This document shows positions 55,441 through 64,000 of a stretch of 64,000 nucleotides of DNA, piece by piece. The notes under the pieces are model-generated. The model was not told the origin of the DNA. It searched no databases and worked only from the letters and a program-made list of their open reading frames with translations. The stretch lies in contig DASWGV010000085.1 in assembly GCA_036393515.1 (NCBI GenBank), positions 14,782 through 78,781 on the forward strand. Direction: 5' to 3'. Position 1 is the first letter of the stretch; the number at the start of each line of letters is the position of its first letter. Origin of the DNA: Gemmatimonadales bacterium (GTDB taxonomy: Bacteria; Gemmatimonadota; Gemmatimonadetes; Gemmatimonadales; GWC2-71-9). The position numbers and the translations under genes were made by a program.

Positions 55441-56474
55441 CGGGCCTCCCGAAACCACATCGGTTCCGCCCCGCGTGGGTCGGCGAACACGCCGCTCAAC
55501 GCGCTCTCGGGCGGGGGCACGGGGTCGTTCTCGGACTCCGCCACCGCCTGGTCCAGCTCCGCCCGAACCCGGTCGTCAACCGAGCGCAACTCCGCCTGGT
55601 CGGCCCAACCCTGGGCGTGCAGCAGGCCGGCGTAGCGGTCAATCGGGTCTTTGGCCGCCCAGCGGGCGATCTCGTCCTTTGGCTGATAGCGCTGGTCGTC
55701 GTGCTCGGCGTGCCCTTTACGCCGATAGGTGACCACCTCGACCATCGACACGCCTTCGCCACGCCGCGCGCGATCCACCGCCTGCCTGGTTGCCTGGTAC
55801 ACCGCCAGAACGTCGTTCCCATCCACCGTGGAGGCGGGCACACCGTAGGCCTTGGCCTTGAGCGCCAGGCGGGGCACCGCGGTCTGGCTGGACGTCGGAG
55901 TGGAATAGGCATAGCCGTTGTGCTCCAGTACGATGACCAGGGGCAGTTTCAGCACGGCCGCCAAGTTGACGCCTTCGTGGAAGGCGCCGGTGCTGGTGGC
56001 TCCATCCCCGACGTAGACCAGTCCCACGCGACGCTCCCCGCGCATCTTGAAGCTCAAACCGATACCCGCCATCACCGGCACCATGTCGCCTAGATGCGAG
56101 ATCTGGCCCAGGTACCCCAGCCGGAGATCGTTGAAATGAACGTTCATTTCGCGGCCCGCCGTCGGGCTCGTGGCTTTGGCCATGTATTGCCGGAGCACGT
56201 CAACCGGCCGGGCGCCCATAATCAGCATGGCACCCAGGTTTCGAATGAGCGGGGACATGATGTCGCCGTCCTCGAGCGCGTAGGCGGAACCCACGCTCTC
56301 ACCTTCCTGGCCCAGGGAGCTGTAAAGCCCCCCAATGACTCTGGATTGGCGGTATAAGTTGACCAGCCGCTCGTCTAGCGCGCGGTTGAGTCGCAGATAG
56401 TAGTAGAGCTGAAGAAGGTCGTCGCGCGACAGTCCCGCCGGGACGCCGGTGCCGGCCGCGGCGGTGGTGGCCAC
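55428..56474 (-). CDS. 2-oxoacid dehydrogenase E1 component alpha subunit (TPP-dependent)
   Basis: TPP-binding GDGATSTGAFHEGVNLAAV...NN-type motif. Typical heterotetrameric E1alpha length. Confidence 0.93.
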   Translation of the reverse strand: MATTAAAGTGVPAGLSRDDLLQLYYYLRLNRALDERLVNLYRQSRVIGGLYSSLGQEGESVGSAYALEDGDIMSPLIRNLGAMLIMGARPVDVLRQYMAKATSPTAGREMNVHFNDLRLGYLGQISHLGDMVPVMAGIGLSFKMRGERRVGLVYVGDGATSTGAFHEGVNLAAVLKLPLVIVLEHNGYAYSTPTSSQTAVPRLALKAKAYGVPASTVDGNDVLAVYQATRQAVDRARRGEGVSMVEVVTYRRKGHAEHDDQRYQPKDEIARWAAKDPIDRYAGLLHAQGWADQAELRSVDDRVRAELDQAVAESENDPVPPPESALSGVFADPRGAEPMWFREARWPR

Positions 56475-56475
56475 G

Positions 56476-56691
56476 TCAGTCCATCACGCTGGCAGCGTAG
56501 CCGGCCTCGTGCACGGCGCTCACGTACCGATCGGGCGAGGCGTGCGCCGCATCGTAGTCCACCTCCGCCTCACCCTCGGTACGGAACACGGCCACATTGT
56601 GGGTTCCGGCCACACCCTTCAGGGCCTGCTCGACTTTCATCTGGCAGTGGCCGCAATGCATGCCGACGATGCGGAGTTTGAGTCTTGTCAT
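56476..56691 (-). CDS. copZ: heavy-metal-associated (HMA) copper chaperone
   Basis: The ATG at 56691 gives MTRLKLRIVGMHCGHCQMKVEQAL, with the MxCxxC motif. 71 aa. Confidence 0.85.
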   Translation of the reverse strand: MTRLKLRIVGMHCGHCQMKVEQALKGVAGTHNVAVFRTEGEAEVDYDAAHASPDRYVSAVHEAGYAASVMD

Positions 56692-56748
56692 CGCCCAGGG
56701 TGTGGAGTCAAGGAGAAAGGTCGCTGCGCCCCCGGGCCAATTCAAGAC

Positions 56749-56777
56749 GTACAGGACGTACGCCCTCGTACGTCCCT
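56749..56777. repeat. second copy of the phased GTAC-triplet element; 9-bp hairpin GGACGTACG/CGTACGTCC
   Basis: Minus strand after the TAG stop: AGGGACGTACGAGGGCGTACGTCCTGTACGTC, with GTAC cores at 56768, 56758 and 56749 (spacing 10 and 9). The 11-nt AGGGACGTACG is identical to the element at 813-823. Confidence 0.75.
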
Positions 56778-57066
56778 AATACGCCCCCCTTACCAGATAC
56801 GTCGGCTCCGCCCGTTGGTGCACGGTGGCGAGAAATCGTTTGGCCATCTTGTCCGCCTCGCTCTCGCCCACCTGGTCCGTCTCCACTGTGACGAGCGTGT
56901 AGTGCCCCGCTTCCGAGGCCACCCGGATGGTGATCTTTCCCACCGCTCCGGTATAGGTGCGGAATCGCGCGCCGGTGGGCCCCGGGGCCAGGCGCCCGCC
57001 GAAGGACTCGTCGGCCGCCCGGAGGACGTCATCCTGGCTCAGGGACGTGCGATGGAAATAGCGCAT
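56776..57066 (-). CDS. hypothetical small protein (96 aa) between copA and copZ
   Basis: GC3-rich ORF starting 3 nt after the copA stop. No Cys, no recognisable metal or DNA-binding motif. Confidence 0.5.
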   Translation of the reverse strand: MRYFHRTSLSQDDVLRAADESFGGRLAPGPTGARFRTYTGAVGKITIRVASEAGHYTLVTVETDQVGESEADKMAKRFLATVHQRAEPTYLVRGAY

Positions 57067-57069
57067 GGA

Positions 57070-59631
57070 TCAGGTTCCCAAGGACGGGACGAAGCGGCGC
57101 AGCCGGAGGCTGTTGCCCACCACGCTCAAACTGGACAACGCCATGGCGGCGCTGGCAACCACCGGACTCAGCAGCAACCCGGTCCACGGGTACAGCACGC
57201 CGGCAGCCAGCGGGATGCCCAGCACGTTGTACACGAACGCGAACACCAGATTCCACCGAATGGTGCCCATGGTCCGGCGCGACAGCTCGATCGCCGTGGC
57301 CACCGCCCGGAGGTCGCCCCGAATCAGGGTGATGTCCGAGGCCTCGACGGCCACGTCGGTGCCGGTCCCAATGGCGAAGCCCACGTCGGCCTGGGCGAGC
57401 GCCGGGGCGTCGTTCAGCCCGTCACCCACCATCGCCACCACGGCGCCGTCGCGTTGCAGCCGCTTGATCTCGTCCACCTTATCCCCGGGCGCGACCTCGG
57501 CGATCACCCGTTCGATACCGACGTCCTTGGCCACCAGGCCCGCCGCGACTTTGGAATCCCCGCTCAGCAGGTAGAGCCGATAGCCCATGGCTTTGAGTCG
57601 CTCCAGGGCCGGCTTGGCGGACGGTTTCACCGCGTCCGCGATCACGATGAGCCCCTGCACCGTGTCGTTGACCACCACCACCACGACCGACCGCCCCGCG
57701 AGCGTATGCCGGTCGGCCTCCTGCGCCAACGTTGCCAGGCCCAGGCTCCGCTCCCGCGCATGGCGCACGCTGATCACTTCGACCAGCAGTTTCCCCACGA
57801 TCCCCCGCGCGCCTCGGCCGGCCATGGCGACGAAGCGCTCAACCCCACCCACCTCAATGGCTTTGGTCCGGGCCGACTCCACCACGGCCTGGGCCAACGG
57901 GTGCTCCGACCGGGTTTCCACCGCCGCGGCCAGTCGCAGCACCTCAGCCGGGTTCACCGTGGTCCCATCGGAGCGCTTGGCACCAAGCACGTGGGTTACC
58001 GAGGGCCGGCCCTCGGTGAGCGTGCCGGTCTTGTCGAACACGATGGTATCAATACGGCGCAACCCCTCCAGGGCTTCCCCACCCCGGATCAAGACGCCGT
58101 GCTCGGCGCCCTTCCCCGTTCCCACCATGATGGCGGTGGGCGTGGCGAGCCCGAGCGCGCAGGGACACGCAATCACCAGCACGGTCACCAGCGCCACCGT
58201 GGCGTACACCACGGGCTGCGGGCCCGGCCACAGGATGAACCAGGCGACGAACGCGGCAAGGGCCACCGCGATCACCACCGGCACAAAGACGCCGGCGACC
58301 CGATCCACCAGCCGTTGTACCGGGGCTTTGGTTCCCTGCGCCTCCTCCACCAGACGAATGATCTGCGCCAGGGCCGTGTCCTTGCCCACGGCCCGCGCCT
58401 CCATGATGAAGGAGCCCGACCCGTTCACCGTTCCGCCAATCACCTGGCTCCCCGGCTGCTTCTCGACCGGCATGGGCTCGCCGGTGATCATGGCTTCGGA
58501 GACGCTCGATGTCCCCTCGAGGATCACGCCATCCACCGGCACGGTTTCGCCCGGCCGCACGATGACGCGGTCCCCCACCACGACCTCGGTCAGCGGAATC
58601 TCCCGGTCTTCGCCGCTCCGCTGAACTCGAGCAGTCCGGGGCCGCAGGCCCAGGAGCTTTTGGATCGCCGCCGAGGTCCGCCCCCGGGCTCGGACCTCCA
58701 GGAGCCGCCCCAGGAGGATCAGGGCGATGATGGCGTTCACGGCTTCGAAGTACACGTCTGCGGTGATTCCGGCGCCCCGAAACACGGCCGGAACCGCGGT
58801 GGCGGCGACCGAATACAGGAATGCCGCCCCGGTGCCCACCGCGATCAGCGTGTTCATGTCCGCCGTGCGGTGCTGGAGGCCGCGCCACGCCCCCACAAAG
58901 AACTGGCGACCAGACCACAAGAGGACGGGGAGCGTGAGGATCAGCAACCCCAGCTTGAGTACGGTGGCATCAAGCACGTACAAATCAGGGAGCAAAGCGC
59001 GCAGGGGGGTATCCACCGGTGCCATCACTCGGGCCCAGAGATCGTGCTGTTTGGCGCCGAGCCCGTGGCCCTCAACGCCACCCATCAGGGGCAACGAGCC
59101 GACCATGGTGGCCACCGCCGCGACGGCCGCTACCGAGAACCGGGCGGCGAGTCCCCGAACCTCTCGGCGCCGCCTGAGCTGTTCCCGTTCCACCGGATCC
59201 TCGCTGGGGATGGGCGTGGCCAGGCTGAAGCCGGCGCGCCGAATAGCGGCCTCCAGCTCCGGCGGCGCGGTGAGTCCGGGGACGTAGTCAATGGTGATCG
59301 CTTCGGAGGCTTGGTTCGCCGCGGACCGCAGGACGCCGGCAACCCGGGACACCTCCTGTTCGAGGCGGGCGACGCCCGCCGCGTAGTGCAAGCCTTCGAC
59401 CGGCACCGTGACGACTACCTTGGCCGAGTCGTAGCCTACCTCCCGAACGGCCTTGACCAGGTCGGCGACCTTCACCCGCCCTTCCTCTACCAGCAGCGTG
59501 GCCCGTCCGGTGGCGAAGTTGACCGCCGCCTCAACCACGCCCGGCTCCTCCGCCAGGCGCTTCTGGACGGTCACAGCACACGCGCCGCAGGTCATGCCTT
59601 CCACCGGAAGGCCGATCCGCGTCCTAGCCAT
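57070..59631 (-). CDS. copA: copper-translocating P1B-type ATPase
   Basis: N-terminal HMA (GMTCGACA), CPC motif ([11 protein letters not shown]), DKTGTLT phosphorylation site, [10 protein letters not shown] hinge. Confidence 0.95.
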   Translation of the reverse strand: MARTRIGLPVEGMTCGACAVTVQKRLAEEPGVVEAAVNFATGRATLLVEEGRVKVADLVKAVREVGYDSAKVVVTVPVEGLHYAAGVARLEQEVSRVAGVLRSAANQASEAITIDYVPGLTAPPELEAAIRRAGFSLATPIPSEDPVEREQLRRRREVRGLAARFSVAAVAAVATMVGSLPLMGGVEGHGLGAKQHDLWARVMAPVDTPLRALLPDLYVLDATVLKLGLLILTLPVLLWSGRQFFVGAWRGLQHRTADMNTLIAVGTGAAFLYSVAATAVPAVFRGAGITADVYFEAVNAIIALILLGRLLEVRARGRTSAAIQKLLGLRPRTARVQRSGEDREIPLTEVVVGDRVIVRPGETVPVDGVILEGTSSVSEAMITGEPMPVEKQPGSQVIGGTVNGSGSFIMEARAVGKDTALAQIIRLVEEAQGTKAPVQRLVDRVAGVFVPVVIAVALAAFVAWFILWPGPQPVVYATVALVTVLVIACPCALGLATPTAIMVGTGKGAEHGVLIRGGEALEGLRRIDTIVFDKTGTLTEGRPSVTHVLGAKRSDGTTVNPAEVLRLAAAVETRSEHPLAQAVVESARTKAIEVGGVERFVAMAGRGARGIVGKLLVEVISVRHARERSLGLATLAQEADRHTLAGRSVVVVVVNDTVQGLIVIADAVKPSAKPALERLKAMGYRLYLLSGDSKVAAGLVAKDVGIERVIAEVAPGDKVDEIKRLQRDGAVVAMVGDGLNDAPALAQADVGFAIGTGTDVAVEASDITLIRGDLRAVATAIELSRRTMGTIRWNLVFAFVYNVLGIPLAAGVLYPWTGLLLSPVVASAAMALSSLSVVGNSLRLRRFVPSLGT

Positions 59632-60049
59632 GCTTCAAATGCCCTTTCCCGAGGTTCGCCCGGGCGCCGTCACGCCCCACCTGGGCCACGACGCGGCCGT
59701 GCAGAATCGCCAGGCCACAGCGGAAGGGATAGTCGCCGGGTGCGGTGGGGGTGAACTCCACCGCGGTGGTCTCAAAGGGAGGGAGGGTCTTCTCGATGCC
59801 CAGGGTGTCGAAGATCAAACGCTCGCTGCAGTCAGCGGTCTCATCACGGTAGAACAACAACCGCACCGGACGGCCTGCCTCCACCAGCACCGTGTCCGGA
59901 TCGTAGCCGCCCTTGACCAGCACCCGGACCTCCTGCACCCCTGCCCGCGAGGGCACGCTCGGGCGCCGGCGGGGACCGAGGAAGAACCACAGCTCCCACG
60001 CGATCAGCCCGACGCCGAGCAAGAGGACGACGAGATCGGCGACCCTCAC
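59624..60049 (-). CDS. membrane-anchored cupredoxin-like domain protein
   Basis: GTG 60049 forms a GTGA overlap with the ino1 stop. TM segment [20 protein letters not shown]. Beta-sandwich region with conserved Cys...Cys/His (DETADCSE...[12 protein letters not shown]), as in copA-associated cupredoxin-like proteins. Confidence 0.55.
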   Translation of the reverse strand: MRVADLVVLLLGVGLIAWELWFFLGPRRRPSVPSRAGVQEVRVLVKGGYDPDTVLVEAGRPVRLLFYRDETADCSERLIFDTLGIEKTLPPFETTAVEFTPTAPGDYPFRCGLAILHGRVVAQVGRDGARANLGKGHLKHG

Positions 60050-61377
60050 ACCCTCTCGTACTCGTAGTACTCGACGCCCAGATGAGTGATCTGTTCTTCC
60101 CCCATCAACCATCGCAGAGTGTTCTTCAGCTTGGTATGCTGAATGAATAGGTCGTGCTCGGGCGTGAGTCCCGGCGCCGCCATGGGGCTCTTGAAGTAGA
60201 ACGACAACCACTCCTGGATGCCCGCCATCTTGGCCCGCTGGGCAAGATCGAGGAACAGCGCCAGGTCGAGCACCAGAGGAGCCGCCAGGATCGAGTCACG
60301 GCACAGAAAGTCCACCTTGATCTGCATCGGGTACCCGAGCCAGCCAAAGATGTCGATGTTGTCCCACCCCTCCTTGTTGTCGCCACGGGGCGGGTAATAG
60401 TTGATGCGGACCTTGTGATACACCTTGCCGTACAGGTCCGGGTACACCGACGGCTGGAGAATGTGCTCCAGCACGCCAAGCTTAGACTCCTCTTTGGTCT
60501 TGAACGATTCCGGATCGTCCAGGACTTCGCCGTCGCGGTTCCCCAGGATGTTGGTGGAGTACCACCCGGCCAGCCCCAGCATGCGGGCCTTCAGCATCGG
60601 CGAGATGACGGTCTTCATCATCGTCTGGCCGGTTTTGAAGTCCTTGCCGCAGAGGGCCACATCGCGGGCCAGGGCCAGCTCCTGCATGGCCGGGATGTCC
60701 ACCGTGAGGTTGGGCGCGCCGTTGGCGAACGGGATGCCCTCCATCAGGCTCGCCCAGGCGTACAACATGGACGGCGCGATGGCTTCGTCATTCTGCTCCA
60801 TGGCGCGCTCGAACGCGGCGAGGGACTGATGGACCTCAGTGGGACTGATGAACACTTCGGTGGAGGCGCACCAGACGGTGACCATCCGATCACAGCGGCC
60901 GCGCTGCTTGAACGCGCGAATATCCTCCCGCAGCTGCTCTGCCAGGTCGCGCTTAGTCTTGCCGCGCTTCACGTTGGTCCCGTTCAGACGCTTCACGTAA
61001 TGCTGGTCGAAGGCCGCGGGCATGGGGACAATGCCCTTCAGGAAATCAGCGATCGGCTCGACATGGGGCGGCTCGAGCACACCGGCGATCTTGGCCGAGC
61101 GGTAGGCGTCATCGGGAATGGGGTCCCAGGCGCCAAAGACGAGATGGTCCAGGGCAGCCAACGGCACGAAGTCGCGGATGGCCGGGGAGCGGTGTTCAGT
61201 GCGTTTGCCGAGCCGGACGGTGCCCATCTGCGTGAGTGAGCCAATGGGTTTCCCCCGCCCCTGCCGGACGTTCTCCACCCCCGCCACAAACGTGGTTGCC
61301 ACTGCTCCGAGTCCCACCAGCAGGACGCCGAGGTTGCCCTCGGCGGGTTCGATGGTTCGTGCAGTCCGGTCCGTCAC
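60046..61377 (-). CDS. ino1: myo-inositol-1-phosphate synthase
   Basis: NLGVLLVGLGAVATTFVAG Rossmann-like N-terminus and the typical bacterial/archaeal MIPS core (GKDFKTGQTMMKTVISP, LGNRDG). GTG start overlapping the upstream stop. Confidence 0.85.
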   Translation of the reverse strand: MTDRTARTIEPAEGNLGVLLVGLGAVATTFVAGVENVRQGRGKPIGSLTQMGTVRLGKRTEHRSPAIRDFVPLAALDHLVFGAWDPIPDDAYRSAKIAGVLEPPHVEPIADFLKGIVPMPAAFDQHYVKRLNGTNVKRGKTKRDLAEQLREDIRAFKQRGRCDRMVTVWCASTEVFISPTEVHQSLAAFERAMEQNDEAIAPSMLYAWASLMEGIPFANGAPNLTVDIPAMQELALARDVALCGKDFKTGQTMMKTVISPMLKARMLGLAGWYSTNILGNRDGEVLDDPESFKTKEESKLGVLEHILQPSVYPDLYGKVYHKVRINYYPPRGDNKEGWDNIDIFGWLGYPMQIKVDFLCRDSILAAPLVLDLALFLDLAQRAKMAGIQEWLSFYFKSPMAAPGLTPEHDLFIQHTKLKNTLRWLMGEEQITHLGVEYYEYERV

Positions 61378-62066
61378 CGATCCAATCCTTTCGCCGCCGT
61401 TTCGACCAAGGCCGAGCGCCCTCGTGGAGCCCGGATCTCATCGGATCCGTACCGCGTGATCCGATACACGTGCATGATCCGCTGCACCACCGTGACCGCC
61501 GCCATCAAGGCGAGCAGTACCACGATCGCGAGCAACAGTTTGCCGTCCGGCCCCGCCCCAAAGAACAGGGTGGGTGCCCCCAGCCCGAGGATCCGCTCCG
61601 CACGCTGCGCCAGGCCGACCTTGCACTCCAACCCCAGGCCCTCGGCCCGGGCGCGGGCATAGGAGACGATGAGGCCCGCCGACACGGCGGCCACAGCGGC
61701 GAACACCGCCACCACCCTGAGGGCGTCCGGGACCCCACCCCGCAGGAAGTAGATCGCGATGCCGGCAAACAGCGCCGATTCGCCGATCCGGTCCAGGGTC
61801 GAGTCGTAGAACGCCCCGAACGCCGACACCCGGCCGGACGACCGCGCTACTTTGCCGTCCAGAGTGTCGCACACGCCACTCAGCAGGAGCAGAGCGCCGC
61901 CCCAGTGCACCTGACCCAGCGCGAATGCCCCGCCCGATGCCACCAGAACCCCGGTGCCCACCGTGGTAATGACGTTGGGCGTGATCCTCGCGGCGATCAG
62001 GCTTTTGGCAATAGGCTGAGTCGCCGCATCGTAGCCACTGTGCAGCCAGCGCGGGAGCAGCGTCAT
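61374..62066 (-). CDS. CDP-alcohol phosphatidyltransferase, likely phosphatidylinositol-phosphate synthase
   Basis: ATG 62066. Signature DTLDGKVAR...GAFYDSTLDRIGE (DxxDGxxAR...GxxxDxxxD). Specificity is inferred only from the GTGA coupling to ino1. Confidence 0.75.
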   Translation of the reverse strand: MTLLPRWLHSGYDAATQPIAKSLIAARITPNVITTVGTGVLVASGGAFALGQVHWGGALLLLSGVCDTLDGKVARSSGRVSAFGAFYDSTLDRIGESALFAGIAIYFLRGGVPDALRVVAVFAAVAAVSAGLIVSYARARAEGLGLECKVGLAQRAERILGLGAPTLFFGAGPDGKLLLAIVVLLALMAAVTVVQRIMHVYRITRYGSDEIRAPRGRSALVETAAKGLDR

Positions 62067-62143
62067 GAAATTCGCGAGCGTTGAGGGTGCTAACAATAGC
62101 CGGCAGCACAAGTTGCAGCAAATCGGTGAAGACGGGCGATCGC

Positions 62144-63352
62144 CTACCTATAGAGCAGGTACCTCGCCCGCATCACCCGAAACGCCTCCAGGTCCTGGTC
62201 CCACGTCCGCCAGATGCTGTCCGGCGCCAGACCGGTTTCCAAGGCGAGTCGCAACCGATCCGATCCCACGCGCTCATCCAACGTTCGGGCGCGAACCACC
62301 AGCGAATCGGCATGGCGCGCGCGCACCGCCGTCAGCAGGCGTAGCGCCATCCGGACGGGATCGTACACCGCCCGGTCCGTGACGCGTAACCGAACGGCCG
62401 GCAACTGAAGGCCGTGGAACTTACCGTCCGCAGGGTGGACCGGCGTGATCACCGTGTCTGACACGGTTCCCCCGGGCACCGTGCCGGCGGCCGCGCGCAC
62501 CGCGGCCCCATCCAACCACGGCGCGGCGATCACCTGAAAGGCGACGGGCGTACCCCGCCCCACTGACAGATTCGTGGCTTCGAACAACACCAGACCGGGA
62601 TAATGAGTTGCGCTCTCCAGATCGGGCATGTTGGGGGAGGGTCGGATCCACGGCAGGCCGGTGGCGTCGAACCACCGCGGGCGCGACCACCCCGCGGCCG
62701 GCACCACCGCCACCACCGCTTCGTAACCCAGTAACGCTTTGCCCAAGAGTGCCAGCTCGCCCGACGTCATGCCGTGGCGCAGGGGGATGGGCAGCATGCC
62801 GACGAACGAAGCGAAGGGCGGTTCCAGGACAGGTCCCTGTATCTGGCCACCAATGGGATTGGGACGATCCAACACCACGACCGTCACCCCGGCCCGGCCG
62901 GCCGCTTCGATGGTGAGCAACGTGGTAGACACGAAGGTGTAGGTCCGCGCCCCGATGTCCTGGAGGTCCACCAGCAGCACATCCACCCCATTCAGCATGG
63001 CCCGCGTGGGTGCCCGAACCTCACCGTAGAGACTATATATGGGCAGCCCGGTAGCAGAGTCCACGCCGTGACCCACAAGCTCCTGATTCAACACGCCGCG
63101 AAATCCGTGTTCGGGGCTGAACAGAGCCACCAGCTGGACGCCGGCGCCGAGCAGGCGGTCCACGTCGCTCACACCCTCGGCGTCCACGCCTGTCTGGTTG
63201 GTGAGCAACCCCACGCGCCGGCCGCGCACCAGATGAGCCGAATCGGCGAGCAACACTTCCACGCCGGGACGCACCCGTTCCGGGGGACTGGCGTTTCCGG
63301 TGCATGCCAACCCCAGCACCGCGAACCCCGCAACCCAACCCCGATGAATCAC
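62144..63352 (-). CDS. namZ: DUF1343 family protein, exo-beta-N-acetylmuramidase NamZ-like
   Basis: The GTG at 63352 gives VIHRGWVAGFAVLGLAC (signal or lipobox-like). RVGLLTNQTGVD...ALFSPEHGFRG...VLLVDLQDIGARTYTF...VLDRPNP motifs. The rest of ORF 62144..63919 is an extension antisense to the GH3 gene. Confidence 0.8.
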   Translation of the reverse strand: MIHRGWVAGFAVLGLACTGNASPPERVRPGVEVLLADSAHLVRGRRVGLLTNQTGVDAEGVSDVDRLLGAGVQLVALFSPEHGFRGVLNQELVGHGVDSATGLPIYSLYGEVRAPTRAMLNGVDVLLVDLQDIGARTYTFVSTTLLTIEAAGRAGVTVVVLDRPNPIGGQIQGPVLEPPFASFVGMLPIPLRHGMTSGELALLGKALLGYEAVVAVVPAAGWSRPRWFDATGLPWIRPSPNMPDLESATHYPGLVLFEATNLSVGRGTPVAFQVIAAPWLDGAAVRAAAGTVPGGTVSDTVITPVHPADGKFHGLQLPAVRLRVTDRAVYDPVRMALRLLTAVRARHADSLVVRARTLDERVGSDRLRLALETGLAPDSIWRTWDQDLEAFRVMRARYLLYR

Positions 63353-64000
63353 GCCCGCTTCCTCGCTCTCGTTCTGCTGACAGGCATGGCTTGCTCCAGA
63401 CAGCGGCCCGAGCCGCCTCAGATGGTTCCCGACCCGTATCCCGCCCCGGCGCTGGCCCCGTTCACCGTAGAGCCACCCACCACCTCCCCAAACATAGCGG
63501 TGGACTCGCTGCTCGGAATGCTGTCCGATGCCGAGCGGGTGGGCCAGCTCATCATGCCCTGGTTGCTGGCCGACTACGCGGCGTTCGACTCGGAGGCCTT
63601 TGCGCGCGCCGCCGCCTGGGTGGATTCGCTCGGCGTGGGGGGCATTGTCATCTCCATCGGCTCGCCGCTGGACGCGGCCGCCAAGCTGAACGCGTTGCAG
63701 CGACGCTCGCAGCTGCCCCTGCTCATCGCGGCCGACCTGGAGTTCGGCGCGGGCATGCGGCTGGTGGGCGCCACGGCGTTTCCCATGGTCATGGCGGTGG
63801 GCGCCACCAACCGCGAACTGGATGCGTACGAGCTGGGCAGGGTCACCGCCCTGGAGGCGCGCGCGGTGGGCATTCACCTGACCTTCTCGCCCGTGGCCGA
63901 CGTCAACAACAACCCGCACAACCCCATCATCAACACGCGGTCGTTCGGCGAAGATCCGGAGGAGGTGGGTCGTCTGGTGGCGGCCTACGTGCGCGGCGCC
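63344..64000 (+). CDS. nagZ: glycoside hydrolase family 3 N-terminal domain protein, beta-N-acetylhexosaminidase NagZ-like (5' part; continues beyond the window)
   Basis: Own translation from ATG 63344: MNHARFLALVLLTGMAC...ERVGQLIMP...GVGGIVIS...LLIAADLEFG...GIHLTFSPVADVNNNPHNPIINTRSFGEDPEEV. Open to position 64000, hence absent from the ORF track. Confidence 0.85.
   Translation, partial: MNHARFLALVLLTGMACSRQRPEPPQMVPDPYPAPALAPFTVEPPTTSPNIAVDSLLGMLSDAERVGQLIMPWLLADYAAFDSEAFARAAAWVDSLGVGGIVISIGSPLDAAAKLNALQRRSQLPLLIAADLEFGAGMRLVGATAFPMVMAVGATNRELDAYELGRVTALEARAVGIHLTFSPVADVNNNPHNPIINTRSFGEDPEEVGRLVAAYVRGA

Noticed and set aside
56449-59754. 1101-aa plus-strand ORF, the longest in this part of the track
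   Set aside because: It is exactly antisense to copA, the 96-aa ORF and copZ, which carry unambiguous motifs. Its translation is Arg/Gly/His/Pro-rich low complexity. Stop-poor antisense frames are expected in very GC-rich DNA.
62134-62143. 10-nt perfect palindrome GGCGATCGCC right after the namZ stop
   Set aside because: Too short to form a stable hairpin, since there is no loop. Likely chance, or a restriction/methylation-type site. No second copy noticed.

Overview
Very GC-rich bacterial chromosomal segment with strong GC3 bias. The gene content indicates a diderm: Tol-Pal, BamD, an LptD-like protein, LPS-type sugar genes. A Gemmatimonadota-like origin is only a guess. I support about 60 protein genes and one tRNA. 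All but four genes (rpmB, tRNA-Leu, an IS200-like ORF, a GH3 nagZ-like gene) are on the minus strand. Many are chained by ATGA/GTGA/TGATG start-stop overlaps. Contents, low to high coordinate:
- hutH (runs off the window, missing from the ORF track) and a lipoprotein
- a tatC ORF fused in frame to an LptD-like barrel, then cpoB-pal-tolB-tolA-tolR-tolQ and an epimerase
- a LysM protein, ssb, rimI-tsaB-tsaE, uvrB, relA/spoT, radC, secA, nadD, bamD and two TPR proteins
- a nucleotide-sugar block (uxs, ugd, wbpA/B/E/D, rmd, gmd) with murB and carB embedded
- rpmB, then rpmJ-rpsM-rpsK-rpsD-rpoA-rplQ
- pyrF, pyrD, an amidase, smpB, tRNA-Leu(CAG), moeZ-like, aspA-like, an MBL hydrolase, trxB, an SDR, a PHP protein
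- 2-oxoacid dehydrogenase E1alpha/E1beta/E2, with E1beta and E2 separated by a catalytically dead IS200-like ORF on the opposite strand
- copZ/copA/cupredoxin, translationally coupled to inositol-phosphate synthase and a CDP-alcohol phosphatidyltransferase
- a divergent namZ/nagZ-like pair

Most unusual observations:
- the stop-less TatC::LptD-like fusion with an internal signal peptide
- a phased GTAC-triplet palindromic element present twice, just downstream of stop codons
- the dead Y1-transposase-like gene inside the dehydrogenase operon
- the inositol-lipid/copper module coupling

No CRISPR array, rRNA, prophage or obvious defence system was seen. The long plus-strand ORFs in the track are antisense shadows typical of high-GC DNA.
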